64,000 bases of DNA from an uncultured Candidatus Saccharibacteria bacterium (GCA_964478595.1 CAYZIN010000004.1:557-64556), one strand, 5' to 3'. Shown: positions 40,628-50,207, counted from the stretch's first letter. Notes: a model not told the origin generated them from the sequence alone. Program-made: numbers and translations.

Positions 40628-40704
40628 ATCTCTCGATTGGCGTGTTCATTATAGCTCATAAATACTTAAGGGCCGCCCCGCTTGGGGCGACCCTACTTGG
40701 CGTA
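40628..40704. repeat. 77-bp terminator-promoter module, copy A
   Basis: Identical to 41228-41304 (600-bp period). Confidence 0.95.
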
Positions 40705-40992
40705 TTTACGACTTTGTGAGTGCTTCCACCTGAGATATTGCCCGAAAGCCGAGTCGACCGGCTCAGGCGGCGGAGGAGGGTTCTCGATCTCGGTCAGAGT
40801 GCTAGCCAGCAGCAACCCGCCCTTACAGGGGCTACCGCCGTGATCAATCACTGTTTTCAGCAACTGCGATACCTCTTGGTCGCTCGCGGTAGCCAGGCCG
40901 TCTTCTACCTGCCAGGGATCGAAGAAGTCGCAACCGCTGGAGATGTGTTCACGAATCGCTTCGGCGATCCGATAGCGTTTCTCCAGATCCAC
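40693..40992 (-). CDS. Hypothetical protein
   Basis: AGGAGG before GTG; stop codon lies inside the repeat. Confidence 0.7.
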   Translation of the reverse strand: MDLEKRYRIAEAIREHISSGCDFFDPWQVEDGLATASDQEVSQLLKTVIDHGGSPCKGGLLLASTLTEIENPPPPPEPVDSAFGQYLRWKHSQSRKYAK

Positions 40993-41021
40993 GATGCCTC
41001 CTATATGATCCGAGATGAGCG

Positions 41022-41216
41022 CTATTGCTTGATCAATTCGGTCACCCGCCGCAAGACTTCACTGACGGTGATGCCGTGCTTTGCGGCTACTTGCCTCAAA
41101 GCAATCGCGACGTCGTGATCGACCTCAACGGCAGAAAAACCGGGAGTCACGATCACCACACTGCAGTCAGGGCCTGGCCCCAGGGACACGTTGCGATATC
41201 CAATTACGGTATTCAC
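41022..41216 (-). CDS. Small protein with a ribbon-helix-helix-like C-terminus
   Basis: AVEVDHDVAIALRQVAAKHGITVSEVLRR; AGGAG before GTG. Confidence 0.65.
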   Translation of the reverse strand: MNTVIGYRNVSLGPGPDCSVVIVTPGFSAVEVDHDVAIALRQVAAKHGITVSEVLRRVTELIKQ

Positions 41217-41227
41217 GATGAGCTCCT

Positions 41228-41304
41228 ATCTCTCGATTGGCGTGTTCATTATAGCTCATAAATACTTAAGGGCCGCCCCGCTTGGGGCGACCCTACTTGG
41301 CGTA
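41228..41304. repeat. 77-bp terminator-promoter module, copy B
   Basis: Identical to 40628-40704. Confidence 0.95.
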
Positions 41305-41310
41305 GAAGAA

Positions 41311-41958
41311 CTAAAGAGGCTCTTCTTCTTGGAAGTCAGGGGGCTGGCTGTCTATGAGCTCTTGCAGAGACTGGTGGTTGGGATCTTCCCGGTAATCCGG
41401 TTCTTGTGGGGGCTCGCCTGGGGGTGGAATGAGATCGGCAAGATCTGCGCCTTCGAACACGCCCATGTTGGCTCCTCGGAGCACGGCGGCCGGCTTGTCA
41501 TTGCCGGCAGCAACTTCCCTGAGTTTCGCGGTCAGGTCAATCTCCTCGAAGGTTGATTGTGCGAGACGGCCTGTTTCCAGTAGCGACGCTTCAGACATTG
41601 CGAGAATGAACTCAGCCGCGTCGTTAACTAGCATTGACGCTCGAGCTGATTCCGAAACTGCAGCTAAAGCCCGAGCCGCATTGACGCAGAATTCCAAACC
41701 CTCCCGGGCCAGCAGAAACTCGTCGTCCCACTCCGGGAACTGGATTCTTTCCCAGAGTTTATTCCCGAGCTCTTGGAACTCGGGATCGACCGTGTCGTTG
41801 ATAAGTACCTTGGCGAAATCTTCGACCGTGTCGGCATCGTCAAGTGCCGCGAGCAGTCCCTTGAGATCAAGCAGACGAGTTATCTCTGCGCCGATCTCGG
41901 CAAGATCGTTGTCGGTCGACTTGCAAAGAGTTTCAGCCAATACTTCAACATTAGCCAC
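41311..41958 (-). CDS. Acidic helical hypothetical protein
   Basis: GTG start preceded by a partial module copy (CGCCAATCGAGAGAACGGAG). Confidence 0.75.
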   Translation of the reverse strand: MANVEVLAETLCKSTDNDLAEIGAEITRLLDLKGLLAALDDADTVEDFAKVLINDTVDPEFQELGNKLWERIQFPEWDDEFLLAREGLEFCVNAARALAAVSESARASMLVNDAAEFILAMSEASLLETGRLAQSTFEEIDLTAKLREVAAGNDKPAAVLRGANMGVFEGADLADLIPPPGEPPQEPDYREDPNHQSLQELIDSQPPDFQEEEPL

Positions 41959-42000
41959 AAGGAACTCCGTTCTCTCGATTGGCGGAGTTATTGTACCAGA

Positions 42001-43785
42001 TTAGGCGGCGAGTTCGTATTGTTTGAGCAAGGCCTTGCGTTGGCGCAGCGGTGCGGTTTGAAGCGCCAGCAATTCGGCGTAGATGCCACCTTCGAGGTCC
42101 GCCAGCTCCTCCGGCGAACCCAACTCGGCTACTCGGCCGCCCCGCAGCCCAACGATCATGTCGACGTTTTGAATGGTGGAGAGTCGGTGGGCAATGATCA
42201 TGGTCGTACGGCCCTTCATCAGCCTCTCTAACGCGTCTTGGACCTCGCGCTCGGCCTTGGAGTCAAGCGAGCTGGTTGCTTCGTCCAGGATGAGGATAGG
42301 CGGGTTTTTGAGTATGGCTCGGGCAATCGCAATGCGCTGTTTTTGCCCGCCGGAAAGTTTGACTCCCCGCTCACCAATTTCGGTGTCATAACCTTGGGGC
42401 AGTTTCTTAATAAAGTCATGCGCGTTAGCGGCTTTAGCAGCTTTAACCAAATCCGATTGCTTAACCGTTTTCTGGCCGTAGCCAATATTTTCTCGGACAC
42501 TGCCGGAGAATAATGCCGGATCCTGAAACACGACTCCCACCGATGACCGCAGCGAACTCTGAGTAACCTTGGCAATGTCTTGCCCATCAATCAGAATCTG
42601 TCCGGAGCTGGGTTCATAGAATCGCAGCAGTAAATTCGAAACCGTCGTTTTACCTTCGCCGCTTTCACCGACCAGCGCTACTTTCATCCCCGGCTGAACC
42701 TTAAACGACACATCTTTGAGCACTTTTTTACCACCCCCATAAGCAAAGTCGATGTCCTTATAAATAACACCGGCGTCTTTGACTTTAAGCGCCCGGGCAC
42801 CCGGTTGATCCTTAATGGCAGCTTCTTGCTCCATAACTTTAAAGTAATCTCGGCTGCCGGCTTTGGCTCGCTGGACTTGATCGATAATAAAACTCGAGGC
42901 AAACAGCGGGAACTGGGCTTGAGCTACCAGCTGCAACATTAAGGTCATCGTACCCAGGCTGATTTGCTGTTTGTAGGCCTGGTAAACAATAAAGCCGTAA
43001 ATTCCGAAAAAGACCACGCTTAGCCCAACCCGGCGAATCACATCGTAGCGGTGCCACTCGGCCGACTGAATTTTAGTTTGCCTCTCGATCGATTTTCGCT
43101 TACCGGCAAAAATTCTCGACTCCACCAGTTCCTGAACAAAGGATTTGACTACCCGAACTTGGCCGACCGCTTCAACGAAACGGCCTTGGGCAAAGTCGGT
43201 GTCCCGGTTAATGCCCTCTTGTTTTTTCTGCCAGGCTCGAGAGGAGAGAGTTGTCAGCCACATATACAGCGGAAACAGCGCGGCTAGCAGAATCGCCACA
43301 GGCGGAGAGTAGTAGGCCAAAATCCCGATTGTAATCCCAGCGGAAAGGAAAAAAGTCAGAAAGTTGTTGGTAAAAGCCTGGATCAGTTCACTAACGGTCA
43401 CGATGCTGCGATCGAGCCGAGAAGTAATCCGGCCGGTAATTTCATTGTCGAAGTACTCCATCGGCAAAGACAGAATGTGGTCGTAGTAGCGCTGAGACAG
43501 CAGAGTTTTGAGTTTGGCACCTAGCTGATCGCCTAAGTAGCCGGCGAAGTTATCGAAGAAAGTTTCAATCAGTGCCACCACCAAAATCATCACAACCCAG
43601 AAAATGAAGAAGCTGGCCGCAACCGGGTGACCTTTATTGATTTTGACCAAACCGTCGACGATGAACTTGAGGAAAAACGGCGTGGCTTGGCGGAGTAAGG
43701 AAATTAAAATTACAAAAAAGCCGGCCGCTAGGTAGTAACGCTTTAGCGACCAAGAATATTTAACGATTTTTAGCAGATCTCTCAC
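42001..43785 (-). CDS. ABC exporter, fused permease/ATPase
   Basis: TM domain, GESGEGKT, LSGGQKQR, ILDEATS. Confidence 0.96.
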   Translation of the reverse strand: MRDLLKIVKYSWSLKRYYLAAGFFVILISLLRQATPFFLKFIVDGLVKINKGHPVAASFFIFWVVMILVVALIETFFDNFAGYLGDQLGAKLKTLLSQRYYDHILSLPMEYFDNEITGRITSRLDRSIVTVSELIQAFTNNFLTFFLSAGITIGILAYYSPPVAILLAALFPLYMWLTTLSSRAWQKKQEGINRDTDFAQGRFVEAVGQVRVVKSFVQELVESRIFAGKRKSIERQTKIQSAEWHRYDVIRRVGLSVVFFGIYGFIVYQAYKQQISLGTMTLMLQLVAQAQFPLFASSFIIDQVQRAKAGSRDYFKVMEQEAAIKDQPGARALKVKDAGVIYKDIDFAYGGGKKVLKDVSFKVQPGMKVALVGESGEGKTTVSNLLLRFYEPSSGQILIDGQDIAKVTQSSLRSSVGVVFQDPALFSGSVRENIGYGQKTVKQSDLVKAAKAANAHDFIKKLPQGYDTEIGERGVKLSGGQKQRIAIARAILKNPPILILDEATSSLDSKAEREVQDALERLMKGRTTMIIAHRLSTIQNVDMIVGLRGGRVAELGSPEELADLEGGIYAELLALQTAPLRQRKALLKQYELAA

Positions 43786-43879
43786 TCGCTCTATTCTACC
43801 CTCGCGGGCGTAAGACTCAAAGCTTAAGACGCGAGAAGGCCCCCAACTTAGCGCTGGGAGCCTCTCGAGTTACCGGGGG

Positions 43880-44293
43880 TTAGGCAGGGATCTTGACGTG
43901 TTCGTGGACCTCTTGGCGGATCTTCTTGATCCGCTCGGCGGCGCTCCTGGTCAATGCGTCGAACCCATCGAGTTCGAGGTAGACCGGGGCCGAAACATCG
44001 CCGGTGATGCCCATCAGGGCGTTGTACAGCTGCGCTGGAACCTCGACCATGATCTCGCCGTTGACCTCGACCGGTGCCAAGTGCGAAGCACCTGCCCAGT
44101 CGCCTACTCGGTCGCGAGCCGCCATGAACACCTCGCATTGAGGCAACGAGCAACTCGCTTCGTCGTCCCTCCAATGCTGTCCAAAGCCGAAGTGATCGGG
44201 ACCGTGACCAGCCATGCGCTGGCAGTACGGTGATGAGTACAACTGCGGAAACCGAACACGGTCGCAGCTATCAACTGCACCTTCATTACCCAT
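43880..44293 (-). CDS. Cys/His-containing hypothetical protein
   Basis: AGGAGG before ATG 44293; downstream hairpin at ~43832-43868. Confidence 0.65.
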   Translation of the reverse strand: MGNEGAVDSCDRVRFPQLYSSPYCQRMAGHGPDHFGFGQHWRDDEASCSLPQCEVFMAARDRVGDWAGASHLAPVEVNGEIMVEVPAQLYNALMGITGDVSAPVYLELDGFDALTRSAAERIKKIRQEVHEHVKIPA

Positions 44294-44361
44294 CTCCACC
44301 TCCTAAGGTCCGAGCTGCTATCGACAGCGTTAGCGTTATTGTCTACCTTTAGCAAAATATT

Positions 44362-45432
44362 TCAAGGCAGCTCGGCGGCCGAACGAACCCTAGGCATTGT
44401 AAAAACTCCCGCTAGAGTTTGAGTCATGCCCTTCGCGGTTGTCACTGCGCTGGTAAAACCCGCCTGCTGCACCAAGCTAATCGTCAGTGCGTTAAAACTG
44501 CCGTAAGGGTAGGCGAAGCTAGAAACACTATGGCCAAGTTGGTATTCAATCGTAGCTTTCGAGTCGAAGATTTCGCTACGTTGAACTTCTGCCGGCTGCG
44601 CCGATAAAGCCAAGTGGTTTACAGTATGGGCCCCAATTTCAATCAAGCCGCTGCGATCAAGTGTCTTAATTTGATCCCAGTTCAAATACGAATCACCGCA
44701 AGCTTGCGCCTGGTTGTAGCGACGACCGGCCCCAATGCACCAGTTACTAGCTGCGCCGCCGGTGATGATGTAGTAGGTTGCTTTCATCTGGTATTTTTGC
44801 AACAACGAAAAAGCTTTGAGCTGGGAAGAAAACCCATCGTCGAACGTAATAATCACCGACTTGCCGGGCAGAACGCTGCGGCCAGACAAAGCATCAACCA
44901 GCTGGTCGGGCGTGATTGTGGTGTAGCCTTTGGCTCTAATTGCTAGCAGCTGCTGCTCAAAATCCGGGGGCGTGTAATGGTAAATCAGAATAGGGACGTT
45001 CACACCGGCGGCCACCGCCTGGGCTCTCGCCGCTTGTTCTGCCTTGGCAGCCGCGGCTTCGGCTTCGGCCCGAGCCTTATTTTTTTTGATCAACGAATTA
45101 TTCCAACCGATCAGATTTCCGGTCAGGCTGCTAATCTGGATTTTGGCAATAGCGTATTGCCCGGAATTGAAAATGTTCGCCCGAATCTCGTCCAGCTGGG
45201 AATTAATTACGCTCGCTTTAACAACCTCAATCCCGCTTTGTTTTTCTGTGGCTTCCAACCTTTCGATCCTCAGCTCAAGATCACTCAAGCCCTGCTCGGC
45301 ACTATCTTTGGCCTGACCGCTAAATTGGCTAACCGCCGCCCTAGCCGGCAACATAACCCCGGCGATGATAAAAAACGCCAAGGCCAGGCCCTTCCACCAA
45401 CTGCCGTAATCAATCCGCTTGCGCTTTGCCAT
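44362..45432 (-). CDS. Polysaccharide deacetylase (CE4/NodB-like), membrane-anchored
   Basis: ILIYH, ITFDDG, GAHTVNH, FAYPYG. Confidence 0.93.
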   Translation of the reverse strand: MAKRKRIDYGSWWKGLALAFFIIAGVMLPARAAVSQFSGQAKDSAEQGLSDLELRIERLEATEKQSGIEVVKASVINSQLDEIRANIFNSGQYAIAKIQISSLTGNLIGWNNSLIKKNKARAEAEAAAAKAEQAARAQAVAAGVNVPILIYHYTPPDFEQQLLAIRAKGYTTITPDQLVDALSGRSVLPGKSVIITFDDGFSSQLKAFSLLQKYQMKATYYIITGGAASNWCIGAGRRYNQAQACGDSYLNWDQIKTLDRSGLIEIGAHTVNHLALSAQPAEVQRSEIFDSKATIEYQLGHSVSSFAYPYGSFNALTISLVQQAGFTSAVTTAKGMTQTLAGVFTMPRVRSAAELP

Positions 45433-45498
45433 TGCCTTGATTGAATCACATCCACCTAGAAGACGAAAGCCCCGAAGGACTTATCGTCTCGGGGCTCA

Positions 45499-45882
45499 TT
45501 AATGAACTAACTCGGCGAAACGCCGAAGCAAATTCTCGATCCGTTTCACCTGCTCGTCAAGGCGAACCTGCTCATGACCAACGCCGCCGCCATTTCTTAG
45601 GGTTGTGGCCGTCAGGGTCATCCTCGAGAGATCACTGCTCAGCTGAGACTCGGCTTCACCCTTGCTCTTCACTTCGACATCGATGAAGTGCTGCAACTCA
45701 AGCGCTCGCTCGAGCAGGTCGACGCTACCGTGCACGGCTGTGTAGTACTTACTTCCACTTTCCAATCGGCCGATCACACGCTTAAAGCAATCTCGATCAG
45801 CTTCAAGGTGCTTGCGTACGTTCTCGTCGAGCTGTTTCGGCATGGGGCCTTCGGCCGGCATCCATTCGGGTCGATCGCTCAC
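45499..45882 (-). CDS. Hypothetical protein
   Basis: AGGAG before GTG; hairpin at ~45468-45497 downstream. Confidence 0.7.
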   Translation of the reverse strand: MSDRPEWMPAEGPMPKQLDENVRKHLEADRDCFKRVIGRLESGSKYYTAVHGSVDLLERALELQHFIDVEVKSKGEAESQLSSDLSRMTLTATTLRNGGGVGHEQVRLDEQVKRIENLLRRFAELVH

Positions 45883-45891
45883 AATTCTCCT

Positions 45892-46086
45892 TTAGTCGAA
45901 GTTGCAGCAGTTGATCTTGCCCTTCACCACTCGGACGTGATCGAGCTTACCCTCGATCGTCATGGGGTAATCACCGTCCGGCACAATCCCCGGCCGGGGT
46001 AGTTCAGGGTGTCCCGCACGCGGCGGGAAGTCGTAGACGTCGACGAACTGCCGGTTAATCTCAGCGATGTAATCTGTCCACCACAT
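45892..46086 (-). CDS. Small hypothetical protein
   Basis: GAGGAG RBS; 9 nt from the next gene. Confidence 0.6.
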   Translation of the reverse strand: MWWTDYIAEINRQFVDVYDFPPRAGHPELPRPGIVPDGDYPMTIEGKLDHVRVVKGKINCCNFD

Positions 46087-46139
46087 CTTCGGCTCCTCTC
46101 AAGTTGCGCCGTCCAGTATGAAGATTTTACACCTAAATC

Positions 46140-46171
46140 AAAAGCACCCGAACCGTAGTTCTGGTGCTTTT
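46140..46171 (-). terminator. Terminator after tmRNA
   Basis: AAAAGCACC-AGAAC-TACG-GTTCG-GGTGCTTTT. Confidence 0.7.
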
Positions 46172-46510
46172 GGTGGAGCTGCGGGGAATTGCACCCCGGT
46201 CCGCGAGATAACGCTTCAGGCTACTACAGGCTTAGTCCGTTTGATTTGTTTCTTTTCCAAACCGCCACACAAGCGAACAAAGATAGCGATTCGGAGCAGC
46301 CCAAATCTTAGCGACGAGTTAGGGCAAGCTCATCGAGCAACCAACTAAATGGCGCCGGATTAACCTAGTTGGCGTCGGTTAAAAGGCGGCTTTCGAACTT
46401 AAGCGAAAGCGGGTACTAAATCGTTGCGAGTTAGTAAGGTTGCCTATAACGCTGGCAAGCGGCCTGCAACACTGAAGTGTCAAAGTCCCACGTCGAAGCT
46501 GATCAGCCCC
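46171..46510 (-). ncRNA. ssrA: tmRNA
   Basis: 5' GGGGCTGATCAGCTTCGAC; 3' GACCGGGGTGCAATTCCCCGCAGCTCCACCA; internal frame ending DLVPAFA-stop. Confidence 0.95.
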
Positions 46511-46725
46511 TCATCGTCGCAGCTACCTCCAGCTTACGCAAGATTTGCTTGCTGCAGCTTACCGGTGCTGCTCCTCTCGGCTCGTCAAACAGTCGTTTCA
46601 CTCCTTCGGATTGACTCGCCGGGAATCACATTGAGCTCGAGTATTCTAGCAAAATATTGTGGATTTTTCAACGCCGCCGGTGTAGAATACCGGCGCGTTA
46701 TTCGAACGAGTACCAAGGAGAGAAA

Positions 46726-47205
46726 ATGATTCCGACAACCGCCAGTGAGATCATCAACCGTGCCCATCTGATCATCAGCGCCGAGCCGCCGATCTATTCG
46801 AACTGGATACTGGAAGGGCCCAAGAACAATCCAGCTACACCGCTTGCCGTGGCCGCTGCCGACATCGACGATATCGGTTGCGCCGTGTACCAGTTGGCAG
46901 TTGTGAGTGACAAGATCGATGCTCTTGCGGTCCGCCGCAAGATACTTGGCTATGAAGTCCCGGTCGCGGCCACTCAAGCGCAAGTCGGGCTCGACAGACT
47001 CTGGGACCACAACCCCGAGTTCTATCCGGCCTTCGTCGCCGCCAGGGCCGCCAGGGCTAACATGCCGCTGATGCTGATCGCCTTCACGCTTGATGCAAAC
47101 GACGAGCTCATTGCGATCCTCTATCACCCCATCGACGTACCCACTTCTTTCGCGATCGATACGTTCAAGGACTTGATAGCCGGTACCATCGCTCTCCACA
47201 ACTAG
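46726..47205 (+). CDS. Hypothetical protein
   Basis: AAGGAG before ATG 46726; TAGAAT upstream; hairpin at 47205-47250. Confidence 0.7.
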   Translation: MIPTTASEIINRAHLIISAEPPIYSNWILEGPKNNPATPLAVAAADIDDIGCAVYQLAVVSDKIDALAVRRKILGYEVPVAATQAQVGLDRLWDHNPEFYPAFVAARAARANMPLMLIAFTLDANDELIAILYHPIDVPTSFAIDTFKDLIAGTIALHN

Positions 47206-47252
47206 CCCTTCGATTTAGGCGAAATGCCTTCCAAATCGGAGGGCTTTTGCTT

Positions 47253-47777
47253 TTAGAGACTTAGAGTGCCGCCGATTTCGCCGAGCCTGTTGAGGCTAAT
47301 CCCGACTGAGCCGCTGGGCTGCAGTTTCGCTCCGTCAACGTAGGCGGTAGCAGTAATTCGATAGTCGTATTCGGTATGGCTAAGCAAACTGGCGGCTTTT
47401 TCGACACCTTGAAGCATACCGGCGATTTGGGCTGTCGCTTCTCCGCCAGGCATCATATCTTGCAGCGCTGCTCCAGCACTTTGATCGATATTTAACTGAA
47501 CCGTTTTCGTTTCGCCGGGCTGAATCTGAAATGACGTGTTGTCTTCACTTTTATAAATAGCTTGAGGCACGGTGTTTGTGGTGGCATCGGCTGAAGCGTT
47601 TCGCTGAATCCTAAGCAGTTCTACCTTGAGACCTTTGACGGTCTGGGGGCTTTTAGTAGTAACGGTCACCGTCACCGGAATGGCTTCGCCACCAATCTTA
47701 GCCGAGCTTGGCGCCGAAACAGCCACATGCACCCCACCAATATTTAAAGCCTTTTTGAAACCGCTAAATAAACCCAT
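47253..47777 (-). CDS. Arrestin/Spo0M-like beta-sandwich hypothetical protein
   Basis: MGLFSGFKKALNIGGV N-terminus, FQIQPGE, YRITATAYVDG. Confidence 0.65.
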   Translation of the reverse strand: MGLFSGFKKALNIGGVHVAVSAPSSAKIGGEAIPVTVTVTTKSPQTVKGLKVELLRIQRNASADATTNTVPQAIYKSEDNTSFQIQPGETKTVQLNIDQSAGAALQDMMPGGEATAQIAGMLQGVEKAASLLSHTEYDYRITATAYVDGAKLQPSGSVGISLNRLGEIGGTLSL

Positions 47778-48193
47778 GCTGGCAATATAACATGCCAAGT
47801 TTCGCTCATGCTTGCATTGTTGTCTCGCCGCGGAGTACGGTGAAAATCTAAAGGAGCGCGCGTCCATAAGCCGCCGGTTTTGGCGGCTTTTTTGGTACAA
47901 AAAAATGCCTTTCGGCAAAAAACAAGAACCCTGGCAAACGTTTTTTGTTCGTCAATTTTTGGTTTTTGTATGTCCAGACCGACTACTCTAGCACCTAGAA
48001 AGTGATCTGGTTTTTGCCTTAGAGCGGTGCGGCGCGAGCCATTGCCGTGTTCCTTTTATTCGCTTCCCTCCAGGCTGGCTGCCCAGCAAAAAGCTTACGC
48101 TTATTCTACACGCACGTTCCCGTGTCGACAACGCGGTGTATAATTTCAGTGAGCGGCAAGGGCCGCTTGTTCTATCTCCAACCGGAGGTCCAA

Positions 48194-48673
48194 ATGCCAG
48201 AGCTTGGGACGGAAATCCTCGACCTTATTCGCTTGCGCGAAGAGGCGCATAGAGAGATCACACGGAAAGTTGCCGAACTCCAGCTGGTGTGCGAACACCC
48301 GAGTCTCATCCAATTCGACGACGACGAAAACGCGAGCACCGTAAACATGCACAACGGATGGAGGCTGTGTTTGACTTGCGGTGTCGAGGAAGAACCTCGG
48401 CCAGACCGACATGGGTACGGGCGATACTTCTACGTACTTAAGTCGGAAGACGTTACCCACGTCGACATGCTCAACTACGCTCTGCGGCAGCCTTTCCGCG
48501 GCTATAAGGTTCAGTGGAGATGGTGTGTGGGCATACTCGGCGAGCAAGGTCACCCACTACCGGCAACTGAAGCGGTTTACGGCATGACGGAATGGCTTTG
48601 CAGGGAGCACAAGCGGCAAAACGACGAGTATTACCGGCACCAGCCGCAGGTTGTCAGGATGACGGCCCCGTAG
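48194..48673 (+). CDS. Cys/His-rich hypothetical protein
   Basis: GGAGG before ATG 48194; CEH, CLTC, CREH; TATAAT at 48139-48144; hairpin at 48678-48711. Confidence 0.7.
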   Translation: MPELGTEILDLIRLREEAHREITRKVAELQLVCEHPSLIQFDDDENASTVNMHNGWRLCLTCGVEEEPRPDRHGYGRYFYVLKSEDVTHVDMLNYALRQPFRGYKVQWRWCVGILGEQGHPLPATEAVYGMTEWLCREHKRQNDEYYRHQPQVVRMTAP

Positions 48674-48717
48674 CAATGAGTCCCGAAGGAACAGCGATTC
48701 CTCCGGGACTCGCTGTT

Positions 48718-49008
48718 TTAAAACTCGATCCAGAAGTATTGGCAGCCTGAGGGACCAAAGTACGCCGCGTGGGATTCATTTGAGCCGATGGTAATCTTAT
48801 CGCCCGGCTTCATTACGTGCTCGCCATCATCAAGCTTCAATTTCATTTCACCATCAACGACCACCAGAATGTGATGCTCCGGATGCTTGTGCGCGTCGAG
48901 GTGATCGTTCGGATCTTCAACAATCAGCTGCGGTTCAAATCCTTGCGACTCCAAGTCCTGCCGGATCTGATTATTCTCCCAGTTTTCATATTTCCCCGCC
49001 TCAATCAC
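48718..49008 (-). CDS. Cupin-domain protein
   Basis: HKH..H..VVDGEM, PGD, H motifs. Confidence 0.88.
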   Translation of the reverse strand: MIEAGKYENWENNQIRQDLESQGFEPQLIVEDPNDHLDAHKHPEHHILVVVDGEMKLKLDDGEHVMKPGDKITIGSNESHAAYFGPSGCQYFWIEF

Positions 49009-50207
49009 AGCTTGAATTGGCCGTCTTGGTAGATAACTTTTTTGGAGCCGTCGGGCAAGGTGGCGGTGACTTTGCGGCGTTCGGTCGAGATAATGTCGGT
49101 GTGGACAGCGCTTTCATTAAAGCCCATTTTCTCCCACTGCTTTTTGGAAACTTTCGATGGATCACCGCGATAACTTTCTTGATAAGCGTTGCCCAGGGCC
49201 ATGTGGGTGTTACCTTGCTTCCCGCCAAAGTTTTCATCAAACAGTGTCTCGCCCATTAGTTTAGTAATCCGACTCATCCGGCCATCAGTCAAGGAGTATT
49301 CACCAATCTTATCGGCATTTTCAACCGCAATCATGTCGGTCAAAATCTTCTGGTTTTTCTTAGCCGTCGCTTTCACCACTCGCCCTTTTTCGAACTTCAG
49401 CTTGATGCCCTCAACTACATTGCCGTAACGATAAAGCGGCTGGTTGAAAGCGATTGTGCCTTCGGTTCCACGCCAATCCGGTGAGATGAATAACTCAAAC
49501 GAAGGGATGTTGGCGCCGCGCCCACCCAACCAGCCGCGATCGACCCCGAGTTTAACTTTGAGATCAACGTTGTCCCCCTCAACGTGCAGCCATTCGATTT
49601 TGAGGGCGTTAAGTACCCTAATCAGTCTTTTCTGCTCGGCAACAATCGACCGCCACTTAGCGATCGGATCTTTTTCGTCGAGATAACAGCCCAAAATAAT
49701 TTGCTCCCAGTATTTTTCTAAACTCATCCCAACGTCTTTGGCCATCGCCGGGGTGGCAAATGCCGCTAGCGTCCAACTGAATTTACCCTTATTCTCCTTC
49801 TCGTTGCGCCACTGCATGTAGGGTTTAAAGGTTTGGCTTTTACGCATAATCTTGGCGCTATCGACGCCGCTGAGTTCGTACTTGTCGTGCTCAGCGATGA
49901 TAAAAATCGAGTGATCGATTTGGTCGATTAAGCCTTTGTAAAACTTAGCCGGGAAGTGATCGAGCTGATGCTCGGCCGCCAGCTCGTAGTACTCGTGATG
50001 AGCCACGTCGTCGGCGCCGTACATCAGCAGCATATGGGCGCCGCTAGCTAAAATCGATCGACGCAAGTGCGGGATAAAAATCTTGGCGGCTTCTGGAATA
50101 GAAACCATCACCGTCTCGCCTTTTTTAACCCCTTTGCCGCCGCTAAGAGCGAATTTGACGAGCAGGTCGGCGTATTTTTGGAGAGTTTTCTCGTCGGGCT
50201 GATACAT
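49005..50207 (-). CDS. M29-family aminopeptidase (AmpS/PepS-like)
   Basis: NIPSFELF, IGEYSL, LFDEN, HMALGNAY, NESAVHTDI. Confidence 0.93.
   Translation of the reverse strand: MYQPDEKTLQKYADLLVKFALSGGKGVKKGETVMVSIPEAAKIFIPHLRRSILASGAHMLLMYGADDVAHHEYYELAAEHQLDHFPAKFYKGLIDQIDHSIFIIAEHDKYELSGVDSAKIMRKSQTFKPYMQWRNEKENKGKFSWTLAAFATPAMAKDVGMSLEKYWEQIILGCYLDEKDPIAKWRSIVAEQKRLIRVLNALKIEWLHVEGDNVDLKVKLGVDRGWLGGRGANIPSFELFISPDWRGTEGTIAFNQPLYRYGNVVEGIKLKFEKGRVVKATAKKNQKILTDMIAVENADKIGEYSLTDGRMSRITKLMGETLFDENFGGKQGNTHMALGNAYQESYRGDPSKVSKKQWEKMGFNESAVHTDIISTERRKVTATLPDGSKKVIYQDGQFKL

Noticed and set aside
39908-41995. Diversity-generating retroelement TR/VR pair
   Set aside because: Copies are identical rather than differing at adenines, are mostly intergenic, and no reverse transcriptase is present.
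45499-46171. Prophage or island integrated at the tmRNA 3' end (also at tRNA-Pro)
   Set aside because: No integrase and no duplicated 3' end seen in the window.
46499-46601. 32-codon GTG ORF running into the tmRNA 5' end
   Set aside because: AAGGA abuts the start with no spacing and the peptide is unremarkable; probably chance.
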